A DNA stretch of 64,000 bases from Planctomycetota bacterium (GCA_044222185.1 JBGANV010000004.1:352001-416000), one strand, 5' to 3'; counted from the stretch's first letter, positions 1-8,886 are shown. Numbers and translations: made by a program. The notes: generated from the letters alone by a model not told the origin.

Positions 1-354
1 ATCGAGTACCAGGTCCTGCTCGGCCGCGGCCTCAACTACGTGTACGTGGGATGTGACATCGCCCAGACGCTCGTCTACGTGGGGATCACGCTCAACTTCG
101 CCGCGCGCGCTGGTCAGCACGCGGCTGCGGGCCGGAGCTTCAAGATCTGCAAGGTGATCGACAAGGGCGTCTCGAGGAAGGAGGCGCGCCTCCTCGAGCA
201 GTGCCTCATCGACAAGTTCGGTGGACCGAAGGGACCGCACCTCCAGAACAAGATCAACAGCATCGGGAGATCCTCGCCTCTGAGGAATCTCCTGAAGAAG
301 GTCTGCGGGCCGTTCGCACCGTTGTTGGACTGCGCCAAGCTCGTCTGCAAGTGA
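1..354 (+). CDS. 3' end of a probable polymorphic/RHS-type toxin with a GIY-YIG/URI-fold (Tox-URI2-like) nuclease domain; truncated by window edge
   Basis: Frame is open from base 1. Motifs YVGIT..F..R..QH, AR..EQ.LI and L.NKINSI match my recollection of URI-fold toxin tips. Confidence 0.7.
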   Translation: MEYQVLLGRGLNYVYVGCDIAQTLVYVGITLNFAARAGQHAAAGRSFKICKVIDKGVSRKEARLLEQCLIDKFGGPKGPHLQNKINSIGRSSPLRNLLKKVCGPFAPLLDCAKLVCK

Positions 355-364
355 GGTTCGATCC

Positions 365-2284
365 ATGACTCGATGCCTGACCGTGTGCGTGGTGGCGGCG
401 CTGGCGAATGCGGGGCTCTGCGCGCAGCAGATCCGATACGTGCGGATGCCGTCGCAGCCGGTGATCGCGACGGTCGTTCGTGGAGCGGGCTCTGGTCCCG
501 GTGGCGGCCCGTCGCTCGTGGGCACGGGGCTCCAGAACGGCGGATTCTCTTCGGGGCTCGCCTCGTGGACCGTGGCGACCTACGGCGGTGGCTCGCAGGC
601 GGGCTCGGTGTCCGTCGCCGGCGGCCGGGCGGTGTTGCTCGAGGGGGCGTCGTTCCTCGTGACGCTGAGCCAGACGTTCACGATTCCGCAGAACGCCACG
701 TCGCTGTCGTTCGACGTGTTCCTCTCGCCGGGGTTCGACACGTCGGCCACGGTCGTGCCGGATGCGTTCGAGGCGGCGCTCCTCGACTCCGCCATGCACT
801 CGGTCGTTCCCACGTGGAACGCGCTCGCGACCTCGTTCGTGAACTACCAGGAGAACGGCACCGTCCATCAGGGACCGGGAGTTCAGCGGACGGGCACGCG
901 CGTGACGCTCGACATCAGCGGCGTGCCGGCTGGCACGCAGGTCACGCTCTTCTTCGATCAGGTGGGCGCGGACGCGGACACCGGCAGCGGCACGTCGGTC
1001 GATGGCGTGATGGTGCAGACGCCGCCGTTCTTCGACGTCCCGAGTCCGTGTGGGCAGACGATCAGCGGGCAGGTGGGCGTGCCGCTCGCATTCACCGTGC
1101 TCGCGCGGGATCTGGATCCGCTGGATTCGGTGGCTGTGACGGTGTCTGGTCTTCCGAATGGCGCCGCCTTCGGCACCGGGCCGGTGACGGGCAACCCGGC
1201 CTCCGCACCCTTCACGTGGATTCCCGGATTCGGTGACGGCGGCACCTACGTCGTGACGTTCACGGCGACGGATCTCTTCGGCGCCACGGCGTCATGCCAG
1301 GTGACGCTGTCGATTGCGAGCAGCGGACCGGCGTTCACGTCGCCTGCGGCTTGCGGCGGCACGCTCACCGTCGCCGGCGGCGGGACGCTCACGTTCAACG
1401 TCGCGGCGACGGATCCCGATCCGGGCGATCTCGTGTCGATTTCCGTGAGCGGCGCGCCCGCGGGGCTCACGTTCCAACCGGTACTCCCCGCGCTGGGGAA
1501 TCCCGCGGCGACGACGGCGAGTTGGACGCCGACGGCGGCCCAGGGTGGCCCGCACGCGCTCGTCTTCACGGCGACCGACCTGGGCGGACACTCGACGACG
1601 TGTTCGCTCTCGATCCTCGTGTCGGGAACGGCGCCGGTGTTCGCGAATCCGATCTGCGGCGGCGCGGCGATCGGGGCCAGCGTCGGAGTTCCGGTGACGC
1701 TTCCGATCCTCGTGACCGACGCCGATCCCGGCGACGTGGTCACGCTGAGCGTGCTTTCCGCGCCCTCGAACGTCACGTTCACACCGAGCTTGCCTGCGAC
1801 GGGCAACCCCGTGGCGGCGACTCTTCATTGGACGCCGACGAACGCGCAGGCCGGATCGCGGACGGTTCAGCTACGTGCCGTCGACGGACAGGGCCACGCG
1901 GTGACGTGCTCCGTGCAGTTCGCCGTCGCCGAGTGCTACCTCATCTCGAATCTCGCACCGGCGTACTTCACCGTCGCACCGGGGGACGTGGCGCTGGTGG
2001 ATCCGGTCGGCGCGCTGTGGAGTCCCGTGACGCTCGAGAGCATTCCCGGGGGCACGCTTCCCACGGACCCGTCGTTTGCGGGAGTCCACGTCTACACGCA
2101 GCTCGTGATGTTCAACCCGACGGTGTTCCCCACGGATCCCGTCCGCATGTCGAACGGGCTCCACATCGTCATCGGCGGCGGCGTGACGTCTTACGGACCT
2201 TCGAGCGGGATGACGCAGTGGACGAACTACGTGCCGCTCCAGGGCGCTTACTTCTCGGTGGCGTTTTCGATCGCGGGGTTCTGA
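365..2284 (+). CDS. Secreted protein: N-terminal jelly-roll/CBM-like domain, three Ig/cadherin-like repeats, C-terminal domain
   Basis: Signal peptide. LQNGGFSSGLASW start of a CBM-like domain. Three ~100 aa repeats with CG, D.DP.D.V, GNP, W.P, A.D..G....C. Confidence 0.8.
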   Translation: MTRCLTVCVVAALANAGLCAQQIRYVRMPSQPVIATVVRGAGSGPGGGPSLVGTGLQNGGFSSGLASWTVATYGGGSQAGSVSVAGGRAVLLEGASFLVTLSQTFTIPQNATSLSFDVFLSPGFDTSATVVPDAFEAALLDSAMHSVVPTWNALATSFVNYQENGTVHQGPGVQRTGTRVTLDISGVPAGTQVTLFFDQVGADADTGSGTSVDGVMVQTPPFFDVPSPCGQTISGQVGVPLAFTVLARDLDPLDSVAVTVSGLPNGAAFGTGPVTGNPASAPFTWIPGFGDGGTYVVTFTATDLFGATASCQVTLSIASSGPAFTSPAACGGTLTVAGGGTLTFNVAATDPDPGDLVSISVSGAPAGLTFQPVLPALGNPAATTASWTPTAAQGGPHALVFTATDLGGHSTTCSLSILVSGTAPVFANPICGGAAIGASVGVPVTLPILVTDADPGDVVTLSVLSAPSNVTFTPSLPATGNPVAATLHWTPTNAQAGSRTVQLRAVDGQGHAVTCSVQFAVAECYLISNLAPAYFTVAPGDVALVDPVGALWSPVTLESIPGGTLPTDPSFAGVHVYTQLVMFNPTVFPTDPVRMSNGLHIVIGGGVTSYGPSSGMTQWTNYVPLQGAYFSVAFSIAGF

Positions 2285-2481
2285 CGCGCGCTGCCGGGAC
2301 CTCCGCACCCCCCGTCCAATCGAGGGTGTGGATCTCCCGCCACGACAGGAGGCGGACGTCTCCGCGCCGGCCGGACGTCTCGCCGCCGTACACGACGACT
2401 CGTTCGCGGATCGTCGGCGTGCGCACATCGCCGATGAGCACGGATTCGAGGCCGGCGCACTGGTCGAGGCTTCGCGTGCAA

Positions 2482-2502
2482 ATTGTCAATCGGATTGACA
2501 AT
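2482..2502. promoter_or_regulatory. Perfect AT-rich inverted repeat ATTGTCAAT-CGG-ATTGACAAT (operator-like; contains TTGACA)
   Basis: 9-3-9 palindrome read directly from the sequence in a GC-rich intergenic region. Confidence 0.5.
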
Positions 2503-2647
2503 CTGTACAGGCAAGCCGAAGTGCCTCGTCTTGCGTCGCTTCCTGCCCGGGGAACGAAGGTGTCGGAGCGAGGGACGTCCGCGGGCAGATCCCGGGACAT
2601 CCGACTGGCACGCGTGGAGAGCCGGTCCTCATTGGACGGCCGACCGG

Positions 2648-2776
2648 ATCTCCGTGCAGCTCCAGGTTCCCCCGGGACTCGGCGGTCTGACCTTCCGAGT
2701 CCAGGGATTCGCGAGGTTGGCCTTCGCAGCGAACGGAGTCTTCGCCACGAGCAACGCGCTCGACGTCACGTTCTGA
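2648..2776 (+). pseudogene. Orphan remnant of a secreted-protein C-terminal domain
   Basis: ISVQLQVPPGLGGLTFRVQG...FATSNALDVTF* resembles the C-terminal regions of 365..2284 and 53292..55331. Upstream part of the ORF looks non-coding and has no signal peptide. Confidence 0.5.
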
Positions 2777-2785
2777 ACGAGCGCG

Positions 2786-3049
2786 TCACCCGCCGCTGAG
2801 CGCTCCGAGGATGTGCACCACGTCGTCCGCGCCGACCTTCGTCGTCAGCGCGCGGACGGCCTTCTTGCCGATGAACACGGCGATGTGGGGGCGCACGCGG
2901 TCCTGCTCGTCGACGATGCGGAAGCGGATCCCCGGGTGGCGGCGGTCCAGATCCTCGAACAGCGCCGCGAGCGTCGCGCCCTTGGCATCTACGTCGGACG
3001 CACCATCGGCGTACGACGTGAGGATGCTGCCGAGGTGGACTTGCGTCAT
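2786..3049 (-). CDS. MoaD/ThiS-family ubiquitin-like protein
   Basis: 87 aa, ends LSGG; overlaps the upstream gene (ATGA). Confidence 0.9.
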   Translation of the reverse strand: MTQVHLGSILTSYADGASDVDAKGATLAALFEDLDRRHPGIRFRIVDEQDRVRPHIAVFIGKKAVRALTTKVGADDVVHILGALSGG

Positions 3050-4179
3050 GAGATCTGCGCCCAGCGGAGCCCGTAGATGTGCGGGAGCGACGCGAACGCC
3101 CGGTTCCAGTTCTCGCCCCCATCCCGGCTTTCCCAGATCTCACCGCCGGTCGTGCCGAAGTAGATCCCGGGCTTCTTGCGGTCGCCGTCGCAAACCATGG
3201 CCTGGCGTTTGACGGTGAAGTACGCGTGCTCTCGCGGCAGGCCGCGGTCGAGCCGCTCCCACGTGCGACCAGCGTCCTGCGTGCGATAGATCGCCGGCTT
3301 GGCGTCGATCGGCGTCCGCGGCCAGAGCGACGTCCCGTTCATGGGGAACACCCAGACGGTGTCGCGGTCCGCGGGATGGCCGACGACCACGAATCCGATG
3401 TCGCCGATCGCCTTCGGCATATTCTTGCCGATGCGCACCCAGGTGTCTCCGTCCTTGCGATCGAGGCGATAGATGCCGCAGTGATTCTGCTGGTAGAGGC
3501 GGTCCGGGTCGGCGGGATGCAGGATCGCGCAGTGCGGGTCGTGCCCATACTCGTCCGGCGGACCCGGCTTGAAGTCCATGGCGACGCCACGATTCATCGG
3601 CTTCCACGTCTTGCCGGCGTCGAGGCTCTCGAACGTGCCGCCGGACGAGGTCGACACGTAGAGGTGCTTGGAATCCTTCGGGTGGACGAGGATCGAGTGG
3701 AGCATGGATCCGTCGGGCGTTCCGGAGTCGCCTCCGCCGGTCCACGCGAGCCATTTGGGGTTGCCGTTGAAGCCCTCGACGCCGCTCCACGTCGCGCCGC
3801 CGTCCCGCGAGTGGAAGAGAGCGGGCGGGCTCGTGCCGCAATACCACGAGCCCGGCTGATCCGCCGGGCCGGGCTCGAGCCAGAAGTTCATCTTCACGGC
3901 TTGCCCGCGAGAGGTCCCCTTCGCCGCGCCGGCCTTTTTCTCGAACTGCGGCGGGCGCTTCGCCTCGGTCCACGTCTTCCCGAGGTTCTTCGAGCGGAAG
4001 ATCGTGGGTCCCAGGTGACCGCCCGTGGAGGTCAGGAGGAGCGTACGACCGTCGCGCGGATCCACGCGGAAGTCGTGGACTTTCGAGCCCAGGTGGAACG
4101 GTCCGTGGATCTTCCACGCGCGGCTCCCGCGTTCGAGCAGGAAGCCGCCCTTGATCGTCGAGACGAGCAACGCCTTCAT
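3046..4179 (-). CDS. BNR/Asp-box repeat beta-propeller protein
   Basis: Repeated S.D.G.TW Asp-boxes, HDPH and YQQNHCG motifs; RBS AGGAG; no signal peptide. Confidence 0.88.
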   Translation of the reverse strand: MKALLVSTIKGGFLLERGSRAWKIHGPFHLGSKVHDFRVDPRDGRTLLLTSTGGHLGPTIFRSKNLGKTWTEAKRPPQFEKKAGAAKGTSRGQAVKMNFWLEPGPADQPGSWYCGTSPPALFHSRDGGATWSGVEGFNGNPKWLAWTGGGDSGTPDGSMLHSILVHPKDSKHLYVSTSSGGTFESLDAGKTWKPMNRGVAMDFKPGPPDEYGHDPHCAILHPADPDRLYQQNHCGIYRLDRKDGDTWVRIGKNMPKAIGDIGFVVVGHPADRDTVWVFPMNGTSLWPRTPIDAKPAIYRTQDAGRTWERLDRGLPREHAYFTVKRQAMVCDGDRKKPGIYFGTTGGEIWESRDGGENWNRAFASLPHIYGLRWAQIS

Positions 4180-4252
4180 GAGGTCTCCTATTCGTTCGGG
4201 CCGAGGTGCCGGGACCTGCCCGCGAGGGGCGCATCATGCCCAATATCCTCCC

Positions 4253-4629
4253 GGCGCGCCAAGCGTCGCTTCGCCGTGAACACGCACTCGCATCTCGTCC
4301 CGTCGTGGATTCCGTCCGAGTTGCGCGTGATGAGGCTGAGCTCGCGCCGAGTCGCCAGCGAGCCCCGCGGCGGGCTGGAGCCCGCCGATCCAGCCGCGGT
4401 GGACCGCGGCGTTCCGGAGCGCCAAGCTTTGCTTGGCCGGATGGGCAGGCTCTGCCTGCCCGCGAGCTCGCTGCCGCATTCCGTGCTGCGTCTCTGCCAG
4501 CACGCGGCATCGGCGACGACGCTGAGCCCACCCGGTTCGCCGCGGGTCGCATCGCGGATCAGCGGCCCGATGCGGACTCCGCGGCGGGCTGGAGCCCGCC
4601 GATCCAGCCGCGGTGGAGGGCGGCGTTCC
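4253..4629. repeat. Two tandem REP-doublet/MITE-like elements (4253-4415, 4416-4629)
   Basis: Each starts GG(A/C)GCGCCAAGC..GCTT(G/C)GC and ends GCGGCGGGCTGGAGCCCGCCGATCCAGCCGCGGTGGA..GCGGCGTTCC. Related copies at 8887 and 36337. Confidence 0.75.
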
Positions 4630-4668
4630 ACCTCGAAAACCGCCCCGGCACGCCTCACAATCCGCGCC

Positions 4669-5382
4669 ATGCCTCCCGAGTCCCGGACCGCCATCACGTC
4701 GACGCTTCGCGAGCTGCCGCACTTCCGGTTGCTGAAGCGCGACATGCTCGACGCCGTCGCGGCCGCGTGCAACCTGCGCGTCTACGAAACTCCCCAGCCC
4801 GTCTTCTTCGAGAAGGATCCGTGCCGGTCGTTCTGGGTCGTGCGCGCGGGGGGCGTGAAGCTCTTTCGACTGCGACCGGACGGCCGCGAGCAGGTCATCA
4901 ACCACCTTCACTCAGGCCAGAGCTTCGCGGAGGCGGCGCTCCTGAACATCGGCGTCTATCCCGTGAACGCCATGACGACGGAGCCGCCGACGGAGTTGAT
5001 CGAGATCTCGGGCGAGCACCTGCGCCGGCTGATGCGCGAGAACGACGGGATGGCCGCTGCGATGGTCGGATCGCTGTCGATGAAGCTCCTCGACCTCGTT
5101 CAGCGGATCGACGAGCTCTCGGCATCGAACGCGGCGACCCGCCTCGCGCGGCACTTCTTGCGGTTGCCGGGCGCGGGCCCATCAGACCGTCCCACGATCG
5201 AGCTCTCGGTGACGAAGAAGGACCTGGCCGCGAGCCTCTCGATCACACCGGAGACGCTCTCCCGCATCCTGCGCAAGTGGCAGGACGACGGGCTCATCGA
5301 GAGCAACGGCCGCAGCATCACGATTCTCGACGCGGCGCAGCTGATGCAGCTTTCGGACGGCGAGGACGGGACGCCGGTTTGA
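4669..5382 (+). CDS. Crp/Fnr-family transcriptional regulator (DNR/HcpR-like)
   Basis: cNMP-like domain (G.VKL, DGREQ, FAE) and HTH TPETLSR; no N-terminal FNR Cys cluster. Real start lies inside the longer ORF 3079..5382. Confidence 0.9.
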   Translation: MPPESRTAITSTLRELPHFRLLKRDMLDAVAAACNLRVYETPQPVFFEKDPCRSFWVVRAGGVKLFRLRPDGREQVINHLHSGQSFAEAALLNIGVYPVNAMTTEPPTELIEISGEHLRRLMRENDGMAAAMVGSLSMKLLDLVQRIDELSASNAATRLARHFLRLPGAGPSDRPTIELSVTKKDLAASLSITPETLSRILRKWQDDGLIESNGRSITILDAAQLMQLSDGEDGTPV

Positions 5383-5731
5383 CGGGCGGCGGCGCGCGCA
5401 CGCCCGCGAGCTTGCGTTGCGCCTGATCCAGCGCCCGGGTGCACATGAGATCGCACAGCCGCCGCACGACGTCGTCTCCGATGGCGCAGACGATGCTCGT
5501 GCCGTCGCGGCGCCGCGTCACGAACCCGACGGCCGCGAGCACGGCGACGTGCTTGCTCGCGTTGGCCTGGCTCGTGCCCAGGTGATCCGCCAGCTCACCG
5601 ACGGTCGCGTCCCCCTGCATCAACCGTTGGAGGATTCGCAGCCGCGCCGGCTCCGACAGCGCGCGGAACTGGCCGGCGACGTCGTCGAACAACGCATCGG
5701 ACATGGCGGGGGGGGAGTGCTGGCGGCTCAT
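5318..5731 (-). CDS. ArsR/SmtB-family transcriptional regulator
   Basis: FRALSEPARLRIL...VGELA...SQANASKH..L...G.V.RRRDG; C-terminal LCDLMC. Confidence 0.9.
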   Translation of the reverse strand: MSRQHSPPAMSDALFDDVAGQFRALSEPARLRILQRLMQGDATVGELADHLGTSQANASKHVAVLAAVGFVTRRRDGTSIVCAIGDDVVRRLCDLMCTRALDQAQRKLAGVRAPPPVKPASRPRRPKAASAAPRRES

Positions 5732-5747
5732 GAAGGCTCCGTGTTCG

Positions 5748-7187
5748 TCAATTGTCCACGCCGGTGGCGACGGGCAGTTCGGGCTTCGCCGCCCATTCCT
5801 TCCACGAGCCGTCGTACCACCGCACGTTCGTGTGTCCGAGCAGGAAGCGCAACGTGAAGTACGTCTCGCTCGCCTGATGACCCGTGCGGCAGGAGACGAT
5901 CGCCGTCTTCTCCGGCGTCAGTCCAAGCGCCTCGTATCCCGCGCGCAGTTGCTCCTTCGGCCGCCAGAACAGGCCGTCGCCCACCCTCGCCAAATCCGCT
6001 GCGACCGGCCGATTGCGCGCGCCCGGAATGTGGCCGCCGCGCGGCTCGTTCACCGTTGCGCCGGAGAACTGGTCCTGCGGACGGCTGTCGATGATCAATG
6101 CACTCCCCGTCGTGCTCGCCGCCTTCACGTCGTCGAGCGAGGCCTTGACGAAGTTCGTCGCCGCGCGCGGCGTGTAGACCTTCGCCTTTGGAGTCGTCGC
6201 GTCCTTGACGACGGCGCCTCCAGCTCCCGTCCACGCGGCGAGGCCGCCTTCGAGGATCGCGACCTTCTCGTGGCCCAGACTCAGGAGCGCCAGCGCGAAG
6301 TGCGTCGCGTCCTGCATCTTCTCCGTGGAGTAGGCGACGACTTCCGTGTCGGCGTCGATCCCGAGCGCCCCGAGCTTCAGCGCGAGCGCCGCGGGATCGA
6401 GGAGTTCGTCGGCGACGCCGTCTCGCGTTCCGCGCACGAGGCTGATGGGAGCGTGGACGGCTCCGGCGATGTGACCGGCAGCGAAGTCCTCCGCCTTGTC
6501 GCGCGTGTCGACGACCACGACTTGCCCGCTGCGTTTCGCCACCCATTCAGCCGAGACGATGGTCGGTGTGGTCAGCCGTTCGGGATCCGTCGCATAGCGC
6601 TGAATCGTCGGCTGCGAGGTGGCCTGTGGTTTCGGCGCCTCCTGTGGACCGAGGATCGCCGCGCGCAACGCCGCGAATCGCGGCAGCGCGGCGGCGGCGT
6701 CCGCCTCGTTGGTGATGCCGCGCAGCGACGGCGGAGTCAGCTCGTCGCGTTTGAATCCCGCGAGGCCGTCCTCGAGCACGCGCACGTCGCGCCGCCCGCG
6801 TTGCGCGAGCGCGACCCACGCCTGTGCCGGGTGCGTCATGCCTTCGGAGACGAGCACGACGAGCGATCCGTGGAATCCCGCGAGCAACGCCCGTCCCTCA
6901 TCGCCGAGCAGCGCCGGAAGATCCAGGTTGTGCGATCGCGGGAGATGGAACGCTGCGAAGTCCGCCGCGGGCCGCACGTCGACGACGAGCACGTCGTCTT
7001 GGTTCGCGAGCCATCGGTCGGCAAGTTCGCGCGTCGAGATGTGATCGGCGCCGGTCTCGACGTCACGGGCCCACGAGAGGTCGGCGACGTTCGGCGACCC
7101 CGGGTGCCAGCGCACGAGGAGCGCGACCGCGACGGTCAACGCCGTGGCACCGAGGGCCGCCAGTTGCGTCTTGAGAGAGATGAGCAT
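5748..7187 (-). CDS. Membrane-anchored multi-domain rhodanese/sulfurtransferase
   Basis: N-terminal hydrophobic segment, three rhodanese domains (FHLPRS, GHIAGA, GHIPGA), active-site loop CRTGHQA, YDGSWKEW signature. Confidence 0.9.
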   Translation of the reverse strand: MLISLKTQLAALGATALTVAVALLVRWHPGSPNVADLSWARDVETGADHISTRELADRWLANQDDVLVVDVRPAADFAAFHLPRSHNLDLPALLGDEGRALLAGFHGSLVVLVSEGMTHPAQAWVALAQRGRRDVRVLEDGLAGFKRDELTPPSLRGITNEADAAAALPRFAALRAAILGPQEAPKPQATSQPTIQRYATDPERLTTPTIVSAEWVAKRSGQVVVVDTRDKAEDFAAGHIAGAVHAPISLVRGTRDGVADELLDPAALALKLGALGIDADTEVVAYSTEKMQDATHFALALLSLGHEKVAILEGGLAAWTGAGGAVVKDATTPKAKVYTPRAATNFVKASLDDVKAASTTGSALIIDSRPQDQFSGATVNEPRGGHIPGARNRPVAADLARVGDGLFWRPKEQLRAGYEALGLTPEKTAIVSCRTGHQASETYFTLRFLLGHTNVRWYDGSWKEWAAKPELPVATGVDN

Positions 7188-7202
7188 GGAACGATCTCCT
7201 GT

Positions 7203-7775
7203 TCAGTCGGCGGTCCGGACGGTGAGCCGGCCCGTGATCGAGAAAGCGATGAGCGCCAGGGCGACGACCCCGGCGACGACGGCGGTGGGCGCGAGCCCGA
7301 ACACCTGGGGGAGGGTGAGAACGCCGCAGGCGCCGGCGGATGCGAACGATCCGATGGCAGGCCAGGCGGCGGCGAACGCCAGGCTCCCGGCCCCGGCGCC
7401 GAGCAGGAACGCGAGCGCGTCGACCTTGCCCGATGCGGCGCCGACGAGCGCGGTTCCCGGACACCAGCCGCCGGTGACGAATCCGACGCCGAACACGAGC
7501 CCGCCGACGATCTGCGGCCAGAGGAACGTCTCGAGGCGCGTCACGCGATCGTCCGGGACGAGGCCCGTGAGCGAGAGCACGTGCATGCCGACGGCCGCGG
7601 TCACGATGGCGGAGAACATCACCTTCAGCACGGCGAAATCGCGGCGGTAGAAGATCGCCGTGAGCTTGCGGCTCGAGCCGAAGCCCGCGCGCTCGAGCCA
7701 GAAGCCGAAGAAGATGCCGACGACGAGCGCCAGGCCGCGGGCCGAGTCCGTCGCGAGGAAATCGCCGCCGTTCAT
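7203..7775 (-). CDS. YeeE/YedE-family sulfur-compound transporter subunit
   Basis: GIFFGFWLERAGF, FG.GF..GGWCPGT; ATG at 7775 overlaps the upstream stop. Confidence 0.88.
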   Translation of the reverse strand: MNGGDFLATDSARGLALVVGIFFGFWLERAGFGSSRKLTAIFYRRDFAVLKVMFSAIVTAAVGMHVLSLTGLVPDDRVTRLETFLWPQIVGGLVFGVGFVTGGWCPGTALVGAASGKVDALAFLLGAGAGSLAFAAAWPAIGSFASAGACGVLTLPQVFGLAPTAVVAGVVALALIAFSITGRLTVRTAD

Positions 7776-8329
7776 GACCACTCCTTCCTCACGAGCGGTG
7801 CCGCGGCGAACCCGCCGGCGAACACCGCGAACATGAACGCCCAACTGCCCGCGAGGAGGAGCGACCCGCCGGTCAATGCCTGGCCCGACGTGCATCCACC
7901 CGCGAGTCGGCTCGCAAAGCCCACGATGCCGCCGCCGATCACGGCGAGGGCGAGGCGGCGAAGACGCGATGCCGTGGGACCCGCTTCGATCGCAGGCCGC
8001 ACGCGCCGAGCCGCGAGGGCCGAGATGAATCCACCGAGGATCGTGCCCAGCGCCATGAACACGAGGTAGTGCGAGAGCGGGGATCCACCGGACGCGAACC
8101 ACTCCGACAGATACCCGTTCTGCTCGACGAGCTGCGGCGACGCCGCATGCGCTCCGACGGCCGCGACGCGCGCGAGACCGCCGGAGGCGCCCAGCCCCGC
8201 GCCGAGGACGACGAAGGAGAGGACCAGCGTCAAGCCGATGCCGATCCCGGCGAGGTAGGGGTTCCAGTACGTCACCGGTGCCGGTCGGCTCGGCGGCGTG
8301 ATGCGGAGTTCTGAGTCGGTTCCGTGCAT
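7772..8329 (-). CDS. YeeE/YedE-family sulfur-compound transporter subunit
   Basis: YWNPYLAG, GLGASG, RLAGGCTSGQAL; RBS AAGGAG. Confidence 0.88.
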   Translation of the reverse strand: MHGTDSELRITPPSRPAPVTYWNPYLAGIGIGLTLVLSFVVLGAGLGASGGLARVAAVGAHAASPQLVEQNGYLSEWFASGGSPLSHYLVFMALGTILGGFISALAARRVRPAIEAGPTASRLRRLALAVIGGGIVGFASRLAGGCTSGQALTGGSLLLAGSWAFMFAVFAGGFAAAPLVRKEWS

Positions 8330-8341
8330 CGTGCGTCTCCT

Positions 8342-8815
8342 TCAGCAGCCCGAGCTTCGAGGTTTCACCGGCTGCGATGCGGTCGCGGCTTTGGATGACG
8401 GCCGTGTGTCGGCGGGAGTGGACCGCAGTTCGATCTCGTTCCACCACCGCAGCGTGCCTCCGGCGAGGACGCGCACGTCTTGGGTGCCGGCTTGCGCGGT
8501 CGCGAGCGCCGCGCCCGCAACGGCCCACGCCGCCGTGCCATCGCGATCGACGACCACGACCTTGGCTCCCGCGCCGGCCGCGGCGATGGATGTGGCCACG
8601 TCGCCGGGAGCGAGGTTCTTCGCGCCGGGAATGTGGAATTCCGCGAACTGCCACGCCGGGCGGATGTCGAGGACGAGCCAGCCCGAAGCCTTGGATTTGA
8701 GTTCGTTCCACAACGCCGTCGGCTCGATGGCTGGCGGAATCCCCGACGTGGACGTGGCGAAGAGCCCGAGCGAAGTTGCCGTCACGAACGAAGCGAGAGC
8801 CCAGCGCAACTGCAT
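8342..8815 (-). CDS. Exported single-domain rhodanese-like protein with C-terminal Cys tail
   Basis: Signal peptide, LDIRP..F..FHIPGA, VVVDRDG loop (no Cys), ends PRSSGC. Confidence 0.8.
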   Translation of the reverse strand: MQLRWALASFVTATSLGLFATSTSGIPPAIEPTALWNELKSKASGWLVLDIRPAWQFAEFHIPGAKNLAPGDVATSIAAAGAGAKVVVVDRDGTAAWAVAGAALATAQAGTQDVRVLAGGTLRWWNEIELRSTPADTRPSSKAATASQPVKPRSSGC

Positions 8816-8852
8816 GATCGTCTCCTGTGGGTCGGGTGTGCCGTCGAAGGTT

Positions 8853-8878
8853 ACTAAATAACTAAGTAGTTAAATAGT
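8853..8878. promoter_or_regulatory. Imperfect 12-2-12 inverted repeat, probable ArsR-family operator of the sulfur operon
   Basis: ACTAAATAACTA-AG-TAGTTAAATAGT, strongly AT-rich, ~40 bp upstream of the 8815 start; 12-2-12 geometry is typical of ArsR/SmtB operators. Confidence 0.7.
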
Positions 8879-8886
8879 CGCCAATC

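Noticed and set aside
3079-4668. Long N-terminal extension of the Crp ORF (also 51735-53291, 54929-55405, 56305-56682)
   Set aside because: These overlap real genes or repeats; internal starts with RBS, signal peptide or domain boundary fit better.
8329-8344. Selenocysteine/readthrough fusion: GC-TGA is in frame with the downstream yeeE ATG
   Set aside because: The 12-nt gap holds a strong AAGGAG RBS for the downstream gene and I see no convincing SECIS; in-frame spacing occurs one time in three by chance.
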